In this document: one piece after another, positions 42,071 through 51,607 of the stretch
Position numbering within the stretch: the first letter of the stretch is position 1
How the letters are laid out: each line of letters opens with the position of its first letter
Assembly (NCBI GenBank): GCA_903923925.1
Contig: CAIXZF010000039.1
Span: forward strand, 7,778-71,777
Length of the DNA stretch: 64,000 bases
Reading direction: 5' to 3'
Source: an uncultured Bacteroidales bacterium
GTDB taxonomy: Bacteria > Bacteroidota > Bacteroidia > Bacteroidales > CAIXZF01
Notes under the pieces: model-generated
Database searches by the model: none
Seen by the model: only the letters and a program-made list of their open reading frames with translations
What the model was told of the DNA's origin: nothing
Translations under genes and position numbers: made by a program

Positions 42071-45000
42071 TTATTTGTTAATTACGATTTTTTTAACACT
42101 GGATTTTTCATTATTGTCCAATTTTAGAAAATAAATACCCGATTGTAAATCACTGGTATTTAGAACAGTAGAATGCATTCCACTAGCTTTGATTCCTGAA
42201 GGGATAACAACAACAATTTTATTCCCAAGTGCATCATATAAATTCAAGCTAATGTTTCCTGATTTTGTTAGCATAAAATCAATGGAAATTCTGTCAGTAG
42301 AAGGGTTAGGATAAACGTTAAAAACAGAATTTACAGCAATAGGATTTCCAATACCAGTGGTTGCACTTACTGGTGGAAAAACTACATAATCAATCCAAGC
42401 TGCATCACTGCCGCCAGCTGCCATATAATCTTTTACGTAGGTCCAGAGGAAAGTATGATTTCCTGCAGTAACAGGATAAACAACTCTTGACCAATCCATA
42501 TTCCCCGACCATTCGTCTATTTTGTCTGTATCAATAAAAAACTGGAGGAAATCGTAAGTTGCTTCTGATGAAACCTTACGATAAAAGGAAATAGAATCAT
42601 CAGAAAGTACGTCAAAATTAATGAGCATATCTGTATGTTGATTATCCGTAATTACACCAGATTTAGCACAGTAGATTCCTTCATATGGACTTACATTGGT
42701 AATAATCCAGGGAACATCTCCAGCTGATTGCCAGTTATACTGCTGGAAATTACCAGTTTCAAAATCTTCAGCAACAATTCCAACAGGAATATAATAGATT
42801 TTTTGTGCAGTATAAGGACCGCAGCTTGCAGTGTAACTTATATCAACTGGCGTTCCAAGAGTTGCAAGGGAACTAAGTGTAAAAGTAAAAGTTGCAGTGC
42901 CAACTGATGACGAATTAATAGTATTAAGATTACAACTACCAGCTGTAATTGTAACCAAGCCATTTGTACTTGTTATGGTTCCAATTGTATTCGGAGCGTT
43001 TGAATGTCCGATATTGGGAGTTGGAATTGTAATAGTTACGGTTTCACCAGGATCTAAACTGCCATTGCCATTTCCACCGTTTACATCATCAATTGAAAGA
43101 GTGCCTGCTTTTAAGTAAGGAGCATTCAGTGTTAAATTAAAAGAAGAAGTCCAGGTGTTGCTGGAATTATCTGTAATATTAACTGTAAAAGGTACATTGT
43201 GCTGATCGGGGATAAAGGTTGCAATACTCATTGCATATGCATTATTCTGTGTGCTGCTGGCAGTAGGAATAACATTTCCATAACCCTGAGTATTATCAGT
43301 AACAGTTACATAGGTATCAGTGGTTGAAATTGTTGCATTAACACTATTGGCATCAGCAATTCCCAGATTCTGAAGAGTCATGTTCAGATCAATATTTTCA
43401 CCAAAATCTGCTAAACCATTGTTGTTGCCTGTTGGGTCGTTTAATTGCCATGCATTAAGCGACATAAACGGGCCGGAAGCAGCAATTACCTGAATATTTG
43501 TGATGTAAGGAATATAGTTAAATGCTGTTATAACAAGATGCAAAGTATCGATAACAGTTAATGGTGATGTGAAATTTATTGTAGCTACACCATTTAAAAC
43601 ATTGGCAGTACCAAGTATTTCATTATTCATTGTGATACACGCCAAAGCACCTTCAACAGGAGAATTTACCTGAAACTGGCTGATTCCAAGATAAACGGTC
43701 GGATTATGAGTTGCAGTTAATGTTTGCGCATTTGCAGTTCTTATCATCATCGATGGATCTCCGAAAACTAACCAGGTATCTGTCATTTCGGTACCAGCGG
43801 TTCCTGTGTATGTATCGTTCATTTTCATGCAACCATTCATTGCAATGCCACCAAAAGTGCGTTTAATGTTATTTGAATAGCTTTCTGTAAGAATGGAAAT
43901 CATTTCATCCTGGCCTTCCATTGGAGGGTTCCAGCTTTGATTGATTGTCGACATAAGTGTAGCAACTGCACCAGTAAGATTATTACCATTTTTGGCTCTT
44001 AACCATGCCTCAGCATAACAAGTGCCATTCGTAAAATCGCCATTAACACAGGCAACTGAAAAAATGTATGGGAGCTGATCTGTATTGGTAAGAGCATTTA
44101 CATTGGTATTTGAAAATCCTGATGTTCCCCATGAAGTCTGACTACCATGACCACAATAGACAATACAACTTGAACCATTATTGATAGCAGTGCTAACAAG
44201 TGCTGGAGTTGGATTTCCTGCTGCATCAAACCCTCCCTGGGAACCATCGAATAATTCAGAATAGGAAGAGTAGGTAAATCCATCAAGTTCTGTTAATAAA
44301 CCTCTGATATGCTGATAATCATATTCATTATCATCACCAGGGCCCTGATCTGAACCTACGCCGATTGCCTTTTGCATCCAATCTCCGTTAACGTTCGGGT
44401 TGATTTCGTATTTGAGTAATTTATCAACCTGAGTAGTTATATGAGTCGCATTTTCACCGGAGAAACGACCAACAAATAAATCCGGATAATGGTCGGTACC
44501 AGCAACATAAGAGTAACTGTTATCAGAATATCCTGAATTCTCCTGATATGCCGGAACCTGCTGATGATCACCAACCAGCACTAAATAGGATAACCCATGC
44601 TCTGTATAATAGTTTTTTACAAATGTTTTAATTGCTGCTGCATTTCCAATAGTTGCTACGTCAACAATATTCGTTTCTATACCTTCTGCGATTTTCCAAT
44701 TGATAAATGGTTGAACAGCAGGCATAAATGCTCCATAACTAATTACCAGCATACTTCCCTGTTCTTCGAGTGCTGTGTATTTGGGTGAAGAAAAATTCAG
44801 GAAATGACGTTTATAAATCTGTTTATATTCCCTGTCTATCTTTGAAACAGACTTATTTTCAGACAGGATGTTCTCTGTTGATTTCCCAGCACTTTTCACT
44901 TTTAAGGTAATATCATAATACACCCTAAGTGTTTTTGTAACAGGATTATATTGAAATGGATAAGCATAGATTGCCTGACCTCTGAAATCCCTTATTACAT

Positions 45001-45472
45001 ATGGAGTGTTTAGTCCTGATAATTGAGATGGGTAAAAAGAATTTAACGAATAGCTATTGTTAAAACTAAATGGAACAGCAGAAGGATCAATATCTCTTGT
45101 AAGGTTGCCTTTTGAAGGGGCAATAACAATGTTCTCAAAATCTTTGTAGGATGATGAGACCACTTCGACGCTCATTTTAGCCTGATTCGGAATAATGAGA
45201 CTTGCAGTCATTCTTGGAAGATCAGGATCGCCTTTTGATAGAATAGGGGATGTGCCTTCCAGTTCAATTGTACAGGCATTCCCCTGTGCAGTATGAACAT
45301 TTTTAAGGGAGAAACCTCCCAATGAAAAATGAACGACAGAAGTCTCAGTGTTTGAAGAAACCAGGCTGACCTTAGCTGCTTGTGGAGTTTCTGAATTTAT
45401 TTTTATCCACTTGCCAGCATAAGAATTCGCCACAAGAAGAGATATCGTTAAAACCAATAAAGTTTTCTTCAT
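42071..45472 (-). CDS. C25 cysteine peptidase, Arg-gingipain (Rgp)-like, with Ig-like domains and T9SS CTD
   Basis: Start at ATG 45472 (MKKTLLV signal peptide); YCGHGS, FSVACVNGDF, STINQSWNPPMEGQDEM, NNIKRTFGG; C-terminal YPNP...GIYF...KIVINK. Confidence 0.92.
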   Translation of the reverse strand: MKKTLLVLTISLLVANSYAGKWIKINSETPQAAKVSLVSSNTETSVVHFSLGGFSLKNVHTAQGNACTIELEGTSPILSKGDPDLPRMTASLIIPNQAKMSVEVVSSSYKDFENIVIAPSKGNLTRDIDPSAVPFSFNNSYSLNSFYPSQLSGLNTPYVIRDFRGQAIYAYPFQYNPVTKTLRVYYDITLKVKSAGKSTENILSENKSVSKIDREYKQIYKRHFLNFSSPKYTALEEQGSMLVISYGAFMPAVQPFINWKIAEGIETNIVDVATIGNAAAIKTFVKNYYTEHGLSYLVLVGDHQQVPAYQENSGYSDNSYSYVAGTDHYPDLFVGRFSGENATHITTQVDKLLKYEINPNVNGDWMQKAIGVGSDQGPGDDNEYDYQHIRGLLTELDGFTYSSYSELFDGSQGGFDAAGNPTPALVSTAINNGSSCIVYCGHGSQTSWGTSGFSNTNVNALTNTDQLPYIFSVACVNGDFTNGTCYAEAWLRAKNGNNLTGAVATLMSTINQSWNPPMEGQDEMISILTESYSNNIKRTFGGIAMNGCMKMNDTYTGTAGTEMTDTWLVFGDPSMMIRTANAQTLTATHNPTVYLGISQFQVNSPVEGALACITMNNEILGTANVLNGVATINFTSPLTVIDTLHLVITAFNYIPYITNIQVIAASGPFMSLNAWQLNDPTGNNNGLADFGENIDLNMTLQNLGIADANSVNATISTTDTYVTVTDNTQGYGNVIPTASSTQNNAYAMSIATFIPDQHNVPFTVNITDNSSNTWTSSFNLTLNAPYLKAGTLSIDDVNGGNGNGSLDPGETVTITIPTPNIGHSNAPNTIGTITSTNGLVTITAGSCNLNTINSSSVGTATFTFTLSSLATLGTPVDISYTASCGPYTAQKIYYIPVGIVAEDFETGNFQQYNWQSAGDVPWIITNVSPYEGIYCAKSGVITDNQHTDMLINFDVLSDDSISFYRKVSSEATYDFLQFFIDTDKIDEWSGNMDWSRVVYPVTAGNHTFLWTYVKDYMAAGGSDAAWIDYVVFPPVSATTGIGNPIAVNSVFNVYPNPSTDRISIDFMLTKSGNISLNLYDALGNKIVVVIPSGIKASGMHSTVLNTSDLQSGIYFLKLDNNEKSSVKKIVINK

Positions 45473-45500
45473 AAAAGAATTATTAAGTTTTTGATTATTA

Positions 45501-48500
45501 TTATTGAACAACAAGTTTCTTAACCAAGTTATTATTTCCACTGGTAAACTGGCAGAAATAAACGCCCTTGTTAAGGTCAGAGGCATTAAAATAATAGGTA
45601 TGCTGGCCACTTCCTAATTCTTTCTGCTGCAATACAACAGAAACTTCTCTGCCAGTAGCATCAAAAACTTTCAAATTGATTTTCTGATTCTTTTCAATGA
45701 AGAAAACAAATTTTGTTTGACCTGATGTTGGATTAGGAATAACTGAAAAATTTATATTCTTGTTATCAACTTCCGGAGTTCCAATAGCTATTCCGGCCAT
45801 TGAAGGGAATACAACAAAGTCAATCCATGAACAATCGCCACCTGAAGAGTAAGAATAATCCTTTTCGTAAACCCATTTAAATAAATGAGTTCCTAAAGGT
45901 GCAAGGTATGCAACTCTACCCCAGGCCACATTTCCCGACCATTCGTCAAGTTTGGTATCATCAATAAAAAACCGAAGAAAATCATAACCATCTTCAGATG
46001 AAACTTTCCGGTAAAAGGAAATAGTGTCTTCAACTAAAACTTCTGCATTCAGGAAAACTGTTGTTAATTCCTGATCAGCAATATCGCCAGATTGCAGGCA
46101 GTACAAACCTTCGTAAGGATTCGTTGTAGTAACGAACCATGGAGCAGGTCCACTTTGTTGCCATGGCATATGGGTAAGATCTCCTGTTTCAAAATCTTCA
46201 GCAATCAATCCAACAGTAGGGACGAAAATCGCATTGGCTGTATAAGCACCTGAACCAACGGCAAATGAAAGATTAACAGGATCGCCAACCTGTGCGCCGC
46301 TGCTTACCGTCATATCAAAATGTGCAACATCAGTTGCGTTCACTACCATTGTATTAAGGTTGCTGCTGCCTGAAGTCAAAGTTGCAATACTGCTGTTAGT
46401 ACTCATGTTTGCAATTGTCAAAGGAGCATCAGAATGTCCGTTGTTCTTAACTTCAACATTTAAAATAACAGTTTCTCCCGGATCAAGACGCGAATTTCCA
46501 TTACCTGAAGCGTCATTAATTGTAAAACTTCCTACTACAAAATTTGGTGCATTCACAGTTGAACTAAATGTTCCAGGCCAGGTGTTTCCACTGTTATCCT
46601 GAATAGTTAAACTGAAAGTAACTACATGCTGATCAGGAATATTATTAGCAAAGGTTACACTATATGCATTATTAACAGTACTTGTATTGTTGGTTGCAAT
46701 GTTCCCATAACTTGCTGTAGGAGCATTAATGGTAACATAAGGATCCGTTGAAGAAATAGTTGCTGTAACATTGTTGCAATCAGCCATTCCCCAGTTCTTT
46801 AAAGTCATGTTATAGGATACTGTTTCAGCGAAATCTGCATGACCATTATTATTACCGGCAGGATCCAATAGCTGATAATTATTCATTAATACATAAGGTC
46901 CACTTGGAGTGGCAACCATGATTGAATCAATATAGGGTTGAAGGTTTTGTCCGGTAATTACAATAGTGGCATAACCGGGAGTTGTAATTGGATTAATACT
47001 AACAACGGCAGTTCCATTGTTATCGGCAAGTGCAGCACCATAAAGTACACCACCTTTTGAAATTGCCACATAGGCATAAGGATTGGTATTTACAGTGAAA
47101 GAAGTTGTTGCAAGTGGCATCAATCCCGGATAATTTGCAGTCATAGGTGGAGGTACTGAGAAATAGGTCATCAGTGACGGATCTCCCATTAAATGATAAA
47201 TTTCCCAATAGTAAGTAGCACTGTTTGGTGCCCCTGCTGTAACTGCAAGATTGCCGGCAACATTCATTTGCCCCATTGTCATTGCCCATTGCCCGAATCC
47301 TTCACCATGATTATGGAAAGTTCTGTCATAATTCCCCATCAAACCATTTCCTGCGGCCCAGGTAGGATTAGCTACAATCTGTCGAACACCACAACCATAA
47401 TAAAAATCTTCATCCCAGTAGCTCACATTTGAACCACCGATGTAACCAACAGCACCTTTTTCATTTGCTCTTAACAAAGCCTCACCAAAGCAAACAGGAT
47501 CGTCAAATTTATTAGTTAAGCAACAATTTCCAATCATCAATGGGTACTTGTGAGCATTTGTAAGGTTAGCCACGTCGCTTACTGAAAAACTCGGATCAGC
47601 CCAGCCACTTGAACTTCCGTGTGCTGTGTAATTTGCATATCCACAACCGTTACTTACATCTGTTCTGATGGCTGCCGCCGAAGTTTGAGAAAGCGGATAC
47701 AGATAAGTATGTGATGTTAAACCATGAGCAGCATTAAAATAATTATCGGTACCATAATTAATCTGACCATTTCCGTAAGTAGGAGCCATTCCTGCATCAA
47801 CGCCTGCAATCATAACCACGTTGTTAAGAAAACTTGGATCTGGCATCAGATACTTTTCGTATTCCAATGATTTATTTAGCTGGGGTAACAGCTGGGATTC
47901 ATTATTTGCCGACATCCTCCCGATATAAAGTTCAGGAAGCATATCATTAGTATATTCAACATAATAAAAATCAGAAACATGGCCGTTTCCAGGGAAACTT
48001 GGCATATCAGCAATGTCACCAATTAATAAAACAAAAGATGGCGCTGGATCATTTGCTGTTCCTGCCTGATATAATCCCTGAAGGTAATTTTTAATTGAAG
48101 TTGTGGTTGTACCAACATTTGGATTGTTTGTATAAGCCTCAACTACATTAAAACCTTTTTTCTTTTTCCAATTGATAAATGGTGTTAAAGCATTCTGATA
48201 TTGAGGAGGAGATACAATTACATACTTTACAGGGTAATGAGTCAAAGTGTCTTTAACAGAGGCAATTGCTTTGCTATTAATTGCCAATTGGTTAAAACCT
48301 AAGAAATAAGGACTATTATTTTTTTCCTTCAACTTTTTAGTTGCTAGCTCATCACTGTTGGTGAAGATAACCTCAACAGTGATATCTGTAATAACTTTTA
48401 TTGAATTTGTAACAGGATTATACTGCATTTCAGCAATATTCAGTCTGCCCAGACGAGTACCTCTCATGATGCCTAATACATCAACACTGGCAACTTGTTC

Positions 48501-48956
48501 CGGAAAGAATGAATTTGTTTTGTAAACCTTTTTATTAATCTGAAATGGAGGAGTTCCAGTGTTTGTTTTAGCAACAGATGGTTGAACAGGCATTAAACTG
48601 TTGTCAATTCCAAGATCGCTAAGTTTGTATTCTGTTGTTGTGATATTGATAATCTTTACACTAACCTCAGCTCCAACAGGAATCTCAATCAGGTTCCGGA
48701 GAACAGGTACTTTCGGGTAACCGACAGTTACCGGGGAAGTACATCCTTCTGCGCTAAAAACGCTGAAATACCCTTCGGTTGTTTTAACATTAAAAGTGTT
48801 AAATGTACCAAAGCTTGCTTTGATCCTTAACTTCTGATAATTGTTAACTGTAACTTTTGTCGAATTTTCATTTCCGAGTTTAATCTCCCGTGCAAATGAA
48901 TTCAACCCCGCTACCAACAGCAGCGCAATGCACAAAGTAGTAAGAAGTTTCTTCAT
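45501..48956 (-). CDS. C25 cysteine peptidase, Lys-gingipain (Kgp)-like, with Ig-like domains and T9SS CTD
   Basis: Signal peptide and propeptide; NYTAHG, IGNCCLT, SYWDEDFYY, YWEIYHLMGDPS; C-terminal IPNP...GVYF...KLVVQ. Confidence 0.92.
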   Translation of the reverse strand: MKKLLTTLCIALLLVAGLNSFAREIKLGNENSTKVTVNNYQKLRIKASFGTFNTFNVKTTEGYFSVFSAEGCTSPVTVGYPKVPVLRNLIEIPVGAEVSVKIINITTTEYKLSDLGIDNSLMPVQPSVAKTNTGTPPFQINKKVYKTNSFFPEQVASVDVLGIMRGTRLGRLNIAEMQYNPVTNSIKVITDITVEVIFTNSDELATKKLKEKNNSPYFLGFNQLAINSKAIASVKDTLTHYPVKYVIVSPPQYQNALTPFINWKKKKGFNVVEAYTNNPNVGTTTTSIKNYLQGLYQAGTANDPAPSFVLLIGDIADMPSFPGNGHVSDFYYVEYTNDMLPELYIGRMSANNESQLLPQLNKSLEYEKYLMPDPSFLNNVVMIAGVDAGMAPTYGNGQINYGTDNYFNAAHGLTSHTYLYPLSQTSAAAIRTDVSNGCGYANYTAHGSSSGWADPSFSVSDVANLTNAHKYPLMIGNCCLTNKFDDPVCFGEALLRANEKGAVGYIGGSNVSYWDEDFYYGCGVRQIVANPTWAAGNGLMGNYDRTFHNHGEGFGQWAMTMGQMNVAGNLAVTAGAPNSATYYWEIYHLMGDPSLMTYFSVPPPMTANYPGLMPLATTSFTVNTNPYAYVAISKGGVLYGAALADNNGTAVVSINPITTPGYATIVITGQNLQPYIDSIMVATPSGPYVLMNNYQLLDPAGNNNGHADFAETVSYNMTLKNWGMADCNNVTATISSTDPYVTINAPTASYGNIATNNTSTVNNAYSVTFANNIPDQHVVTFSLTIQDNSGNTWPGTFSSTVNAPNFVVGSFTINDASGNGNSRLDPGETVILNVEVKNNGHSDAPLTIANMSTNSSIATLTSGSSNLNTMVVNATDVAHFDMTVSSGAQVGDPVNLSFAVGSGAYTANAIFVPTVGLIAEDFETGDLTHMPWQQSGPAPWFVTTTNPYEGLYCLQSGDIADQELTTVFLNAEVLVEDTISFYRKVSSEDGYDFLRFFIDDTKLDEWSGNVAWGRVAYLAPLGTHLFKWVYEKDYSYSSGGDCSWIDFVVFPSMAGIAIGTPEVDNKNINFSVIPNPTSGQTKFVFFIEKNQKINLKVFDATGREVSVVLQQKELGSGQHTYYFNASDLNKGVYFCQFTSGNNNLVKKLVVQ

Positions 48957-49123
48957 AAGATTCTGTTTGGTCTGAATTAGTAATAAATGTACAATTAGTT
49001 TTACAAAAATAGCATTATAATCGTCTCTAAATCATTGATTTTAACCAGTTTTTAACAAAATAGTGTTATTAACCGTTCTTTCAGTAAACTGAAAGACATG
49101 GTTTAGAACGTATGGTTGCCTCT

Positions 49124-50368
49124 CTAGTTAATTCTTTTTTCAACAAAGCGCCTTGAGATTCTTCGAACAGGGATAAAAGCAGATATATAACCAATGCTTA
49201 ATACTGTTGTTGTAACAATCAGAAAATCAACAAATCTCATATCTACGGGATAGGCATTAACAAGAAAAGCTCCCTCTTTTGAGCCTAGCTTAACGAGTCC
49301 GAATTCCTGTTGTAAAATACATAGCATGAATCCCATGAATAATCCAATAATAGCTCCTGCGAGTACTACAAACATTCCTTCTAAAATAAAAATTCTCCTT
49401 ATTGTTTTCTCATTACAGCCTAAGCTCCATAAAACTCTTATATCATTTCTCTTTTCAAGAATTAGCATGGTTAGAGAACCAATTACATTAAAGGTCGCAA
49501 TCAGCAAAATAAATGTCAGAATAAAAAATATTGCCCACCTTTCCGAACGTAAAATGCGGTACAAAAGTTCTTGCTGTTGAAATCTGTTTTTTACAGAGAA
49601 TCTGGACCCAAGTTTTTTTTCCATCGATTTCTGGAAAGAGGCAATATCTGTTCCTGGTGATAAACATAATTCTATGGAAGTCAACTCTTTATCGTAATCC
49701 AGGAGTTTCTGCATAAAGGGCACAGAAACGTAGATGTATTTATTGTCGTACTCTTGCTGAATAGAAAAAACACCACTTACGATAAGTCGCTCTGTTTTAA
49801 AAGATTCAGGAGTAGGGGTGAGGCTCTTTTTAGTGCGGCTGGGAATATAAACTTCAACAGGATTTCGGTAATCTGCAAGATTGATCCCTAAGGTGTATGC
49901 CACACCATAGCCCATTACAGAAAACTCCTGATTATCCTTTTGAAGCAGAAAAACACCATCAAGAATTATCGAATCCGACTTATGATTCTCTATATAACTT
50001 TCACTTACTCCTTTTAAAGTCGCTATAAATTGCCTTGACCGGTATTTAAGCAATGCATTTTCCTCAATTACTTCTGCATAATTTGCAACACCAGGAAATT
50101 CTCTAAGCTTGTAACTTTGAATATCAGTTTTATTGAATGTTTTGCCTTCACTGGCAACAATCTGAATATCAGGGTTAAACTTGTTAAACAAGCTTAATAC
50201 TAATCCCTCGAAACCATTAAAAACCGATAAAACTACTATAAGGGCCATGGTTCCAATAGCAATACCACTTATAGAAATTCCTGAAATCAGGTTAATAAGG
50301 TTGTGGGTCTTTTTTGAGACAAGATAGCGACGAGCTATAAAAAAGGAAAAGCCGGCAGCGCCATGCAT
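49124..50368 (-). CDS. LolC/E (FtsX-like) ABC transporter permease
   Basis: IARRYL, VLSVFNGF, EKRNDIRVL.SLG; four-TM architecture. Confidence 0.9.
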   Translation of the reverse strand: MHGAAGFSFFIARRYLVSKKTHNLINLISGISISGIAIGTMALIVVLSVFNGFEGLVLSLFNKFNPDIQIVASEGKTFNKTDIQSYKLREFPGVANYAEVIEENALLKYRSRQFIATLKGVSESYIENHKSDSIILDGVFLLQKDNQEFSVMGYGVAYTLGINLADYRNPVEVYIPSRTKKSLTPTPESFKTERLIVSGVFSIQQEYDNKYIYVSVPFMQKLLDYDKELTSIELCLSPGTDIASFQKSMEKKLGSRFSVKNRFQQQELLYRILRSERWAIFFILTFILLIATFNVIGSLTMLILEKRNDIRVLWSLGCNEKTIRRIFILEGMFVVLAGAIIGLFMGFMLCILQQEFGLVKLGSKEGAFLVNAYPVDMRFVDFLIVTTTVLSIGYISAFIPVRRISRRFVEKRIN

Positions 50369-51180
50369 TACTTTATTGCCTTGACAATTAAACCAGTTCC
50401 CGTCGGATTTTGTGAAGAAACATCTATCTTATTGAGAACCAATGAAACAGGCAGAATAAAAAGAAAATAAACTGGTAAAATGATCATTAGTAACTTTGAC
50501 CAATTCATCATTAAAATAGGATATTTCATCGACAATCGCCATGAAATGCTGCCATAAGTCCCATAGGAATACGTACAGATTACTTTACTGAAACCGGCAG
50601 TTTTTAACTTTTGCTGCATATCTTCAATACCATACCCATCGCGTACATGTTCGCCAATAAAGGACTCGTCATCATGGTCGTGCACGTCACTACCACCCTG
50701 GTCTGATGGTGTCGAAATTAACAGAACTCCGCCATCTTTCAATGAGGCATGATAATTTTTAAATACCTGAACGTCGTTGTCAATATGTTCCATAACATCA
50801 ACACAAAGAATCATATCGTAAGTTGCGGGTGACTTGAAAACAGTAAGATCAGCAACCTGAAAGGATACATTATTTTTTTTCAGAGCTTTAAAAAATGTTC
50901 CACATTCCTGAACCTGATCTTCTTTTACATCAACACCAAGAATTTTTGCATCCGGGCACTTGCTGGAAAGGTAATATGTGTATTGGCCAAAACCAAATCC
51001 TGCATCAAGAATAGATAAAGATGTTTTATTCTTTTTTTCTTTAAGCCAGAGAGTTAACTCTTTATGGATATGCCATGACCTCAATAGAATGATATCCAAT
51101 ATCTTATAGAAAATTGTACGTGTAAATGGTGAAACATTAAAGATTGTTCCTAAGGTTTTTTTTATGGGATCGTAATGCAT
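50368..51180 (-). CDS. Class I SAM-dependent methyltransferase
   Basis: ILDAGFGFG, DVMEHI, LKDGGVL. Confidence 0.88.
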   Translation of the reverse strand: MHYDPIKKTLGTIFNVSPFTRTIFYKILDIILLRSWHIHKELTLWLKEKKNKTSLSILDAGFGFGQYTYYLSSKCPDAKILGVDVKEDQVQECGTFFKALKKNNVSFQVADLTVFKSPATYDMILCVDVMEHIDNDVQVFKNYHASLKDGGVLLISTPSDQGGSDVHDHDDESFIGEHVRDGYGIEDMQQKLKTAGFSKVICTYSYGTYGSISWRLSMKYPILMMNWSKLLMIILPVYFLFILPVSLVLNKIDVSSQNPTGTGLIVKAIK

Positions 51181-51222
51181 AAATTTCGAATGTCAATTTA
51201 AATTGAATAAATAATTATCGAC

Positions 51223-51561
51223 TTACTGTTTAAGCAGATTGTCAATATTTTCAATGTAATCCAGAGAGTCGTCGATATAAAACTCAAGTTGAGGAATTAT
51301 CCTAAGCTGATGTTTAACCCGAATTGCCAGCAGATTACGGATCTCTCTGGTATGTGGCAGAATATGGTTCAGAATTTCTGCTTTACTTCCTGTTGTGAAA
51401 ATACTTAAATAAATTCTTGCAATACTAAGATCTTTGGTAACAGTAACTTTCATAACTGTGATCAATGCATTTCCGAACCTGAGTTTTGCTTCTTGCTGAA
51501 AAATTGAAGCAAGATCTTTCTGTAGTAATCGGGCTATTTTTTGTTGGCGTGTAGTTTCCAT
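51223..51561 (-). CDS. rbfA: Ribosome-binding factor A
   Basis: TRQQKIARLLQKDL, VTKDLSIARIYLS, LRIIPQLEFYIDDSL. Confidence 0.96.
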   Translation of the reverse strand: METTRQQKIARLLQKDLASIFQQEAKLRFGNALITVMKVTVTKDLSIARIYLSIFTTGSKAEILNHILPHTREIRNLLAIRVKHQLRIIPQLEFYIDDSLDYIENIDNLLKQ

Positions 51562-51607
51562 TGAGCAAAAGTAGCTATTATCATGCTATTATTCATACTT
51601 TTGAAGT

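Noticed and set aside
45473-45610. 46-aa N-terminal extension of the Rgp-like ORF, or frameshift fusion of the two proteases
   Set aside because: Overlaps the CTD of the upstream gene; the signal peptide begins at 45472 and each gene has its own signal and CTD
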